This document shows, piece by piece, positions 25,915-37,200 of a stretch of DNA of 64,000 nt (the stretch's first letter is position 1; the number at the start of each line of letters is the position of its first letter). Made by a program: the position numbers and the translations under genes. The notes beneath the pieces were generated by a model, which was given only the letters and a program-made list of their open reading frames with translations, was not told the origin of the DNA and made no database searches. Source of the DNA: Heterodontus francisci (lineage: Eukaryota); the NCBI RefSeq assembly GCF_036365525.1, contig NC_090401.1:31083036-31147035 (forward strand), read 5' to 3'.

Positions 25915-26985
25915 TTTAATACCCATCGCTAGTTGCCCCAAGATTCTTCTCCTTGAATCATTGCAGTCCTTTTGGTGAGTTTTTCCAAAATGGTGTAGGG
26001 AATTTCAGGATTTTGATCCAGCAACCATAAAGAAATGGTGGATGTACATCCAAGTCAAGATGGTATTTGACTTGGAGGGGGAAGGTGTTCCCATACTCTT
26101 GCTGCTCTTAACTTTGGTAAAAGTGCTGTTGAAGTAAGCTTGCAAGTTGATACAATGCAACCTTTAAATCATACATATTGCAGTCACAGGGTTCTGGTGA
26201 TTAAAAGGGTGGATATTGAATTCAATGCCCAAGGACCGATCAAGCAGACCACTCTGTATTGGATAGGTTAAGCTTTGAGTGATAGTGCAGATGTATCCAT
26301 CACAATTGACTTTGTAGTGAAGAAGCACTGGGGGGCCAGCAGGTGAGCCAATTATCAGTGTACCCATCTTCTGTTCTATTCCTGCAGCCATGGCATTGGT
26401 ATGGTGGGGCCAGTTAGGTTTCTGGACAATGTTGATAACATTAAATGTCTTACTGGAGATGGTCATTACTTGGCACATAGTGGTGTGAATATTAGCCCGT
26501 CTGGATATTATCCAGGTCCTGTTGCAAGCTGGCATGACCTGCTCTTTGAGTTGTGAATGAAGCTTAAAATCGTACAATCGACAGCCCCATTCCTGACCTG
26601 ATAAAGGGAAGTAGCTGAAGATGGTTGGGCTGAGGACACTTCACTGAGAAAGCCCTGGGGCTGCAATGATTGGCCTCCAACAACATGAGCCTCTTTCTCA
26701 GTTTCAAATATAACCTCAGCACCACATTCCCACCTACCCCCGATAACCTTTCACCCCTTGCTCAAGAATCTATCCACCTCTACCTTAAAAATATTTAAGG
26801 ACTCTGCTTTCATCGCCTTTTGAGGAAGAGAGTTCCAAAGACTCACAACCCTCAGAGGAAAGATTTCTCCTCATCTCTGTCTGAAATGGGCAACCACTTA
26901 TTTTTAAGACAGTGACCCCTAGTTCTAGATTCTTCCACAAGAGGAAACATCCTTTCCACAACCACCCTGTCAAGACCCCTCAGGA
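25915..26985 (-). mobile_element. Degenerate CR1-clade LINE fragments
   Basis: 25915-26700 resembles 9260-10260. 26720-26985 encodes CPFQTEMRRNL, a CR1 3' end. Confidence 0.65.
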
Positions 26986-27993
26986 GTTTAACTGCACATC
27001 TGCTCCATGCCTGACATTGCTGTATCATTTATGTATAAACAATGGGGAGTATTATTAGCGTCACATTTTGATAGCAAATTATGGCCTATTATGTTGCTGA
27101 GATTCTTTCTCATCTCCTTTTCTGTATATATCTCCTGGTGTGAATAGCTACCCGAAACCTACTTGCCGATTTTAATTTTATTCCTGTTTTACAAGATTCC
27201 TTTTTAACCACCCTGCCCAACTGCAGTCACTCCTTATCACCTGTCAGTATCTTGATCCATTACCAATTCCAAACAAGTTTTTTTATTTCACTTACAGCTG
27301 GTCCCAATGGTGAACTATTTCCCCTGTTGTGCCCAATGCTCACCTCGGAGACTGAACACTTCATAACCTGTGGCATTTACTAATCTTTACAAGCATTTCA
27401 ATGGTCCCCAATTCTACTATCCTTTCCTTCATCTCCATGACTTGCAAACATTCATAGATACTCGAGCTAACTCCCCACTCAATGACAGGACCGATGCCAC
27501 AATCCACAGCTCCCTATTCTTTCCTTTGTTCACTAGATTCTCAAATATATTTGAACAATTCATAAAAAGAAACCTCGTCCATTAACTAGTTTCAACCAAT
27601 TTAATCTGTAGACGGTTTTCATCTTATTCTGAAACTTGTTACTATCCATCAACATATTTTGTTATCCGATTTAAGCCAATGTCTGACCTGCACAGTATCC
27701 GCAGAACATGAAATGAATGGGTTAACACTTCTGCAAAAAGTGCGGAGAGACTCATTTCAGGAAAGGGACAGTGGCTTGTCTCATAGCTGAAAAAGAAATG
27801 CACCTGGAAGAGTGTTACTGCACCAGCCATCAATATCACACAAGTAACAGAAATACAATGGTAATTTATGAATATATTGGTGTATATGTGCAATAATTTT
27901 AAATGCTTATTATAGAAAAGTAATATCGCTAAAAATGCAAACTGTAGAATAGCTACACTGCATCAAATTTCTTTGAACTATCCTCTATATTAC

Positions 27994-28110
27994 CTGATAT
28001 ATGTTGGAGTTGCCTAAAACCAAACAGAACTTCACTCGGAACAACCTGACACACAGCGCATTGCAGAATATATAGCAAACTGAGAGGAGTCTCCTGGGTC
28101 CTAATGCTCA
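27994..28110 (-). promoter_or_regulatory. Gene B non-coding exon 1 and core promoter
   Basis: Donor cag|gtaata at 27994/27993. TATA-like sequence (minus strand TATATATT) at ~28067-28074. Homologous to the gene A promoter and intron-1 start. Confidence 0.6.
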
Positions 28111-28280
28111 ATAAGTTCAACATGTTCAATTTTCAATCCACCTCGATCTATTTTTTTTGCAGCAAGAACAGTCTCCCCCAGTATTTTATAACTGTAGTTT
28201 AGAACAGAAAGCCGAGGGACATCACCTTTTTTTTTCACTATTAATTTTTAACCAAGGCGCTGAAGAGTCTGTAGATTCAA

Positions 28281-28341
28281 GAAATGGAAACTCCATTATC
28301 AGTTTTGTTTCCTCGGAAATCCACATGATGTCACTGACAGC
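28281..28341. promoter_or_regulatory. ISRE cluster upstream of gene B copy 1
   Basis: GAAATGGAAACT (28281-28292) matches the ISRE consensus GAAANNGAAACT. AGTTTTGTTTCC (28301-28312) has one mismatch. Overlapping TTC-N4-GAA (ttcctcggaa) and TGATGTCA at 28326-28333. About 200 bp upstream of the TATA-like box. Confidence 0.75.
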
Positions 28342-29051
28342 TCTTCAGCAGAAGCTTTTAGAAATGCAACAACGTTTAGAGATTTAAAACTTTAGAAGGT
28401 GTATGTATGTTGGAGACAGTTTTTAATTTGCCGCACTGATCTGAAACTAAAGTTGTGGATCAATGATGTCAATAGAAATGAAAACCAGGCAGTTTCAATA
28501 ACACTGGCAGATCGGCAGTGTTAGATTTACACCCAAGTGGCAAATTGAGAATCAACCCCATTGTGTGTGAACGGGATGTTGGAAACCAGTTGTTCTGACA
28601 GCAAGGAGGCCGACAGCTCACTGGATTCAGGCTGGCCCAACGTTGGCCACTGGAGACCGCTGGGCCTGCAGCAAGTTAATCCCAGTAGATTGTCGCAATG
28701 GGGATGGAGGGCTGCCCAGTGGCAGTGGCCCGGAAATGGGTGCCGTTCCCTTCTGCTACATGGTTGGCAACCCCACTGTGGATCACGTGTGGCGGGCGAC
28801 CATTTTACATAGTAGAGGCAGAGCCCCCCACCACCCCCCCTCCAAATCACATGGCGGGGCGGGATGCGAGCAGTCAGTTACACCATCAGATGACTCTGGA
28901 GCAGGTACTGCTGCCATATTTAAAGGCCTGCCAGCCCTGCATTCACACCTGTTTTGGAGTTGTTTGCAGCTTTCAGTGTGCTGCTGAAAATGGTGTTGGA
29001 TTGACTCCTGGATGACCACCACCCCCCAAACTCCCGAGGAGGACACACAAG

Positions 29052-30797
29052 ATGGCTGAGCCAAGACACAGGATGGACCCAGGGTTTAGTGGTGCCTCCC
29101 TGCAGATTCTCCTCCAGGCTGCACGGGAAAGGAGGGAGGTCCTCTTCCCCAGCGATGGCAAGAAGAGGTCCTCTCCCCTGACCAAGCAAGCCTGGACCGA
29201 AATAACAGAGGAGGTCAGCAGCTGTGGGGTCACCCAACACAACTGGGTGCAGTGCCGAAAGAGGGTCAATGACCTCCTGCGTTTGGCCAAGGTGTCTGCT
29301 CCATAACTCTCTATTACTGAGTGTAAGTGGCTATGCAGGAGGATGTGGGGCATGATGAGGGTGGCACAACCACAGTGATGGCAGAGGGGGTAAGGCATCA
29401 CTACATCCTGACAGATGCATGGCTGCATGTTGGCCACAGGCCACCTTCTTTCACAGCTCACCCCCCATTAACTCCCCTGAGAGCGGATGGGAGCATGAGC
29501 TATATGTGATGCCCCAATAGGAGACAAGGGGCTGACACTAGCAGAACTGTCATGTTGATCTCTCTGCGAATTCTTACTATCTCTCTCTTTCCACTTGCAG
29601 GACAAGAGGTCCCACAACAGGAGAAAGATGGCTCAGTCTGGCAGAGACCTTCCAGATCTACGGCCTCTCACCCCAGCCGAGGAAGAGGCCTTGGAATTGT
29701 TAGGGACCAAGGGCAGACACACCATATCAGATCGAGAGACTACAGTCTCTACACAAGAGAGTGAGGCTTGGCTTCCATCAACATACGGATCACTTCTGGA
29801 GACACACATCACTTATGGTGGACATGACGAGATCTGCACAGAATAATCCACATGTTTATGTTCTCTCAGGCAAGTCGGCGGTCGCAGGAGATTCAACCAG
29901 AAGGGGGACAGCCATCCACCTCTGAGGAGGAGGAGCACTCCGAGGATGAACTGTCCCATGACTTTCCTGCACCTTCCACCAGAGCAGAAACCAACACCTC
30001 AGTGGGTTTCTGCTTGGCTGTAGAATCAGGGTCACTAATTGGTGAGAGCACAGCATACGTACCTGAGCAGCTAGCTGAGGCTGAGACAACCGAGGACACT
30101 GATAGTCGGATCTGGCCAGGCCCATGCTGAGCCCCAGTCTGATGATGAGCCTATGGTATTGTCAGCACAGGGCATACTTGAGTTCCAGAGAGAGTAAGGC
30201 AACATCTGGCGGCGATGCCAGAGGCTATGAGTGGACGATGGAGGAGTCCATCCGTGCTATGACTGCTGCCATGTCTCAGGCGTATGAGCACATGGCTTCT
30301 CCATCGAGAGGTTGGCGACCCTCATGGAGGGCCAGATCCTACAGATGCGTGCAGACTTTCACACCACCGCGTTGGCCATGAACTTGATGCAGCAGGGGCA
30401 AGGCAAGAGAAGGACAAGGCGCCTGGAGTCTTCTCCATCTCCTGCTCCTTCTCTAGTGAGCAGGGAGGTTCAAGTTAACCTTGAAAGGGAGAAGGAGAGG
30501 CTGACATCCGCAGCTGGGGGCTCCCCTCAGGGCGCTCTGATTGTGGACACCGGCTCCTCAGCCCCTCTGCCAGTGAGACCAGCTCCAGCAGCCTTGAGGC
30601 GTGAGGAGGGTTCTGCACCAGTGCAGGAAACCTCCTGGCAGCAGGGGCCCTCCAGGCCTCAGGCAGCCAGAGGACAGCCACCAAAGTCATCACAGGCCAT
30701 GGGGCAGCTTGATCAGCAGCCTGCCTCCAGCCCAGCAGCTAGCGCAGGGTTCACACCTCATTGGAGCACCCACAAACACGTTAAGAAAACCACATAG
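29052..30797 (+). pseudogene. Harbinger Myb/SANT-like (trihelix, MSANTD/NAIF1-type) DNA-binding protein, spliced and degenerate
   Basis: Exon 29052-29291 (FSGASLQILLQAARERREVLFP...KQAWTEITEEV...NWVQCRKRVNDL). Exon 29601-29760 (NRRKMAQSG..LTPAEEEALELLG). Third exon from ~29870 with an acidic region and frameshifts. Confidence 0.8.
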
Positions 30798-31129
30798 CTA
30801 CACTTGAGGATTCATGACTGTCAGAAATTTTACGTATTGATTAATTAAAAGTTCATTTGCTCAAATCATTAATGATCATTATGTGAAAGCCATTTTCCAT
30901 TAGGCCTTAATTGTGATCTGCTGACATTCCCCTTCCCCATTACTGAAATGCCTATTTAACTACAGTCCTCATTAACATATGTTCTCCCATGGGCACAATT
31001 GTGATTTGCAGCTGAGCGCAAATCAGGGAACACAAATGGAAAGGAGGTGACAGACTACGTGCATCGAGGTGAGGTCTTTCTTGGTTCTCTGCGACTGGGC
31101 ATCAGGAATGCTGGAAGCGGCTGATTGTG

Positions 31130-32552
31130 AGGTTGTCTCTTGCCTCCTTGGCACACAGCTCAATCTGCCTGGCCTCTGGTGCAAGGGCTTCAACATCCAG
31201 CACTGCTTGCTCCTTTCCCTCCTTTGCATCTCATCATCATATATGGCCTCCCGCCTCTGCAGTGCCAGATTGTGCCGAGCACAGCAGACCACCATGATAC
31301 GCGATACTCTCACTGGGACATACTGCAAGGCTCCACTGCATCGATCCAGGTACCAGAATCTCATCTTCAGCAGCCCAATGGCCTACTCAATGATCACTCA
31401 GGTGGAGCTATGGCAAGTGTTGTACCTCTCCTCTGCTGCAGTGCGGAGGCTGTTCAAAGGCATCAGTAGCCATGTCTTTGATGGGTAGCCCTTGTCCCCG
31501 ATAATCCATCCCTGAGGCGAGCGGGGTCCTGAAAAGCTGTGCACCGGGACTGTAGACGTGTGTAAGCATCATGGCTGCTTCCCAGGAAGTGGGCACACAC
31601 CAGCAGGAAATGCTTTCCTGTTGATTAAGGCAGCTGGCTGGTCCGTGGGAACATTGATGCCCATACGCGAGCCGTCTATCACAACTTACACCGACATAAA
31701 TCCAGTGTTGGCCCCGAACCTGATGGCCCTCTTGTCCTGACTGTCAGTGTTGATCTGGTAGTTCATATAGTCACCGGCTCTCTTGAACAGGGCATTTGTC
31801 ACCTCCTTGATTAAGCCAATGGGCTTCTGCCTGGGAGACCCCACACATGTTCCCGATGGAACCTGGAAAGATCCAGCTGCAGAAAGTTTTAGTGCCATAG
31901 TGATCATCAGGGCCATTGGCATAGGGTGACCCCCCCGCAAATCCCATAGATCACAACTCAACCTACAGCTGTGCATTAGTCTGTGATGGACTCCCTGAAG
32001 AGCCGTAGTCTTCACTGAGAATACCGCACGGAAATTTGGAGGTGGCTGATTCGAGACTGGTACACTCTCTTGTGCAGGTGGGCCCTTCTTGGCATGGCCA
32101 GCTTCTGATGCTCCCATCGAGGAGCTTCACGGGCAGGCACAGCTGACTCTTGGCCCTCCCTCCATCCGAGGTGCTGTGTCATGCCATGGTGGTCCAAAAT
32201 TGACAGGGTGTATGAGACTCATGCCAGGTAACCTGTGGGCCACCAGAGCACTGTTGATGCAGAGACAACCCTGCCTTGGCAACTGAGCTTTTGACAATTC
32301 TCCTCGTGGACTCCGTGATAGTCCTCAGTACCCACCCTGCTGATAGTCGACCCTCTCATCAAGCAGCAAGGACGACCAAACATCTCTCACAGCAGTTTGG
32401 TTACCCAATACAGCCCCCGCAAACCCAAGCCCAAGCGCATCCCTCTTGCAGAGCCCCCGAGACCCCAACTCCGCCCCCCTTGCTGAGCATACAGCAACAT
32501 AGACTGACAATGTCCTCCGAACCCCCCTCTTTCCCGCTGCAGCATTGTTCAT
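31130..32552 (-). pseudogene. Harbinger (HARBI1-like) DDE transposase, disrupted
   Basis: Motifs across frames: VIDGSRMGI..NRKAF, GSSHDA, GDKGYPSKTWLLMP, IIE*AIGLLKMRF (TAG at 31383-31385), LDRCSGALQY..VCCARHNL. Multiple frameshifts. Confidence 0.88.
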
Positions 32553-34254
32553 AGCTGCCTCCCTGTCATGGCACTGAGGCCTCTCGCATCGTTGTGGCCG
32601 GTGTTTTAACTGTCGTGAAACCGAAGCCGCCCGCTGTCCACTAAATCAAGAGCCAATCTTTAAAATCGAGGTTAATTAGATGTAAATGCATTACAAACAA
32701 CTGCTCAGCAATTTAAAATAGATTCCTGTCATATCAGGGCAGTAATGCTGCCTTGGTCCTTTCCTGCCGCTGGCAAAATCTGGGACCGTTGTCACAACAC
32801 TGGATTTCCGGATGGATGGTTCTGATGCGATTCTCTGTTCCCCCATGCCACCACTCCCACTTTAAAGGGCCGCATTAAATTCTGCCCATGGTGACAGTCA
32901 TTGCAGCTGTGTTGTGTTTCAATGATTCAATGTCAGTGCATTATTGCAAGCCGTGGCTTGAATGTATGCCCCATTGGAATATAGTGATGTGAGGCAATGA
33001 GAGTTGCAAGCTTGCCTGAAGGTGTGGCACGGATGCATAGTGAAGGTGGAATAGGTCAGCTTGCAGCACCTTGTTACATGCAGTATTTTGCCATCAACTT
33101 GGTTCATGGTACTGTGGTTTTACCTTGAAGATTCCTTCAACTATTGAGCCTTCTCTATGTTATTCTGGGGTGTTTAAGATATTGTGCAGTGTTGAACCTG
33201 TCTGCCACCATCTCCATACCATACCCATACATCAGCAGGGCACACATTCAAGACTAAAGGATAGGTTCCAGAGATGTGTTCAAAGTTGTGCTAACGTCTG
33301 CCTGTAAACCTAAGAATGCATTTTGATGACCTCAGCAAATGACATTTGATGGGGTGAAATTCGCCTTGGTCTAACAGTATGGATCTAGAACCTCTTTCTT
33401 GCCAAACATTTGGCTTAAACCAGCATCTCATTAGCACAAATTGCTCTCCCAGTCACTCTGACTTCCCCCTAAGTATGAGAGAGAAGAAGAGAATTGATTG
33501 GAAAAGTTAACACAGGCACGGAGCCAATAGAATGGGTGTTTGAGGCATGCAAGTGCTGAAATGATTAATCTACTCGCTTCCCAAGTCTTGACATTCCATC
33601 ATTCAGTTATCTGCCCATTCTACATGAGATAAGGAGATAATAAAATGGAAGTTTTTTTTTAAAAGCTTGGATGTTAAAAAAAAAACTTACTGATTGGCAG
33701 TAACCCAAATATAATGTGAAGAGGATTCCAGTCTTTAGAAACAAGCAAAGGAACTTCTGTGTCTTAAAAAAATAAACACAAGTACAAATACATCTCAAAC
33801 ATGAAAACTCTTCAACTAGGATCTTAAAACAATCCATCGGTTTGAAAGAAGTTTACCTGGCCATTAAAGCAACCATGAGATTTTCAAAATTGTACATAAC
33901 AGGGTGTACTCCTGTAACACACAATTTAGTTAAAGGCAAAAAAAAAAGTCAGAAGTAAATGTAAAAGAAAAACTGATACAATTGCTCATTAATCCAGAAT
34001 AGAGATAGTGAATGTTTCATGGCTAGAATTTTGGCTTGAAACGGGGTGTAGTTGACGATGATGGGAGATTAAAACCTACTGCCAGAGCTTAACTGCTGCA
34101 TAATATCTTTCACACTGCTATATTCTGAAAGGCAAAACAGTCACAGAGAAAAGACATAATATTCAGAGCCTTTATTTATTTTCAGTCAGATTCTTCTTCA
34201 TATACAGCATGTAAAGGAAAGATGTTCATTATTTTCAGTTGTCTTAAGGCACTT

Positions 34255-37200
34255 TTACTTTACGTAGCGTAGGATCGAACCTAGGAAAGCACCTGCAGTT
34301 CCCAACGCAATGTTGGCACCTGCAGAGAGTCCAGCGGCCCCTTTAAAGAAAAGAAAAATATAAATGTGAATTAATTGCACACAATATGACATGTCAACAA
34401 TTTGTTAATAATCAACAATTCTTATAATCCAGATCTAAACAGTATCCAGAGGAAAGATCAAAACCCTATTATAACTGATTTTACCGTTAATTTCTTTATT
34501 TGTATTTACAATAAAGCCAACTCATTTATCATTAGCATGTTGTTGAGGTTAAAACATAATAGTATTAACATTTATTGCAAAAGTGCCTTCTCGCTTCTAT
34601 TAAAACTGTACTGATAAGTTTCCGAGACAATTGGGTAATATAAAAATTTATTCAGCACTATCATAGATGCCCAGGAATTCAAATACTATCAGGGAGGCTT
34701 TAAACAAGAAAGATTGAGAAATGTTCATTACTTATCACTGAAGCTTACCAGCAGACTGAAGGACAGCCACCAGACTTCCAGCTGCTACACCTCCTCCATT
34801 GGCGACAGCTGCTGTAGACATCATACTTGATGCAATAGAACTGCCTGCTATTCCAGCGCTGGTAAATCCCACTGCTCCCAGAACCACTGGAGCAGCAACA
34901 ATGGTTGTAACTGAAGGATGAAACATCCACATTTAAACACAACACATATACACACAGGAGCTTAACAATATTGCCTAAAGCCTGATACATACAATTGTAG
35001 CATATCAGAATTCTTCCTGTCTGCAATGATGGTTTATTTCCTTTACAACATTTCAATCCAGTATTTTGCAATATCAATTATATTTATAATAATCCAGATC
35101 CAAGATATGCTTCACAATTTTCCTCAAGATCCCCTATCTGGAATTTCCACAAGGGTGCTCCGGATTATTTGCTGTAATTTTAGCAGAAAACCTACAGAAA
35201 TGATACAAATGGCCACTTGTGCCTTTTCTTCAAGGTTTTTGCTTATATTCAAAAGTTATTGCAGATAATCTGGAGAACTCCCATCAAAATTCTATCGCTC
35301 AACCTTGAACAACACTGAAGCCGAATAGAGGTAGCAGAATTAAACAGCAGTTCAAGAATAACAGCTACCAACAAATGTATCTCATGATTCATTTTGTGAT
35401 GCTTGGACTGAAAATTATAGAGGAACATCTATCAAATAGTAAAATATTGACTGCTTGCAGCAATCTAATCATACTGTATGTAAAGGTAGTGCTGTAAGTT
35501 GTCACATTACGTGCACTGTGACTGAACTAATATTACTTTATTAGAAATTAGTATACGTAAGAAAGTTGTATAGGAGAAATTAATGGGGCTGAAGGTTGAT
35601 AAGTCCCCAGGACCTGATATTCTATATCCCAGAGTGTTAAAAGAGGAAGCTATGGAAATAGTGGATGCATTGGTGATCATCTTCCAAAATTCTATAGATT
35701 CTGGAGCAGTTCCTGCAGATTGGAAGGTTGCAAATGTCACCTGACTATTTAAGAAGGAAAGGAGAGAGAAAACAGGGAATAACAAACCTGTTAGCCTTAC
35801 ATTAGTCATTGGGAAAATGCTCGAATCCATTCTAAAGGATGTGATAAATGGACACTTGGATAATAATGATCTGATTGGGAAATCATGTTTGATGAACCCG
35901 TTGGGATTTTTATTGAGGATGTTACGAACAGAATTGATAAAGGGGAGTCGGTGGATGTGGTATACCTGGATTTTCAGAAGGCTTTTGATAAAGTCCCCCA
36001 CAGGAGATTGGTTTGCAAAATTATAGCACATGGGATAGGAGGTACTATACTGGCATGGATTAAGGATTGGTTAACAGGCAGAAAGCAGAGAGTGGGAATA
36101 ACTGGCTCATTCTCACGTTGGCAGGCTGTGACTAGTGGGATACGCGGGGATCAGTGTTTGAGCCCCAGCTCTGCACAATATCTAACATTGATTTGGATGT
36201 GGGAACCAAATGTAATATTTCCAAGTTCACGGATAACACAAAACTAGGTGGGAATGTGTGTTGTGAGGAAGATGCCAAGTAGCTTCAAGGGGATTTGGAC
36301 AGACTTAATGAGTGGGCAAGAACATGGCAGATGGAATATAATGTGGAAAAATGTGAGGTTATCCACTTGGGTAGGAGGAATAGATGTGCAGAGTATTTCT
36401 TAAATGCTAAGAGATTAGAAGGTGTAGACGTACAAAGGGACCTCGGTGTCCTTGTCAATAAGTCACTGAAAGCTAACACGCAGGTGCAGCAAGCAATTAG
36501 GAAGGCTAATGGTATGTTAGCCTTTATCGCAAGAGGATTTGAGTACAGGAGTAGTAAAATCTTGCTTCAATTGTATAGAACATTGGTTAGACTGCACTTG
36601 GAGTACTGCGTGCAGTTTTGGTCCCCTTACCTTAGGAAGGGTATTATTGCCATAGAGGGAGTGCAACACCAGACTTGTTCCCGGGATGGCAGGACTGTCC
36701 TATGAAGAGAGATTGGGGAAACTGGGCCTGTATTCTCTTGAGTTTCGAAGAATGAGAGTAATCTCATTGAAACCTACAAAATACTTAAAGGGATAGACAG
36801 GGTAGATGCAGCTAAGATGTTTCCCCTGGTTGGGGAGTCTCGTACCAGGGGACACAATTTCAAAATAAGGGGGAAGCTTAGGTCAGAGATGAGGAGAAAT
36901 TTCTTTACTCAGAGGGTTGTGAATCTTTGGAATTCACTACCCCAGAGGGCTGTGAAAACTCAGTCATTGAGTATGTTTAAAGCAGAGATTGACAAATTTG
37001 TAAATACAAATGACATAAGGGGATATGAGGATATTGTGGGAAAAAGGCATTAAAGTGGATGATCAGCCATGATCATACTGAATGGCGGGGCAGGCTCGAT
37101 GGGCTGAATGGCCTACTCCTGCTCCTATGTTCCTAAACTGTGATAGTCCCATTGTACACCATAACTTCCTACCGTGTCCTTCCTTCTTTAGTTGATACAG

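Larger units (their letters stand above)
1..31568 (+). repeat. Tandem segmental duplication, unit copy 1 (~31.6 kb; true unit boundary unknown)
   Basis: Sequence at position 1 (tcatggctgcttcccagg) recurs at 31569. The ORF track repeats with offsets 31567-31570, then 34183-34192. Only scattered substitutions and homopolymer-length differences are visible. Confidence 0.97.
28570..32887. mobile_element. PIF/Harbinger DNA transposon (autonomous-type, decayed): convergent Myb/SANT gene and DDE transposase
   Basis: Two-gene convergent layout typical of Harbinger. Right end aaattctgccc at 32887; left end not clearly resolved, so the start coordinate is approximate. Confidence 0.85.

Noticed and set aside
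28412-28559. Extra IRF-like motifs (gaaatgaaaacc, gaaactaaagt) upstream of gene B
   Set aside because: They are imperfect matches inside a small inverted-ended repeat; nothing supports function beyond chance.
29052-32552. Domesticated HARBI1/NAIF1-like host gene pair
   Set aside because: The in-frame stop next to the catalytic Glu, multiple frameshifts and a retained TIR indicate a decayed transposon.
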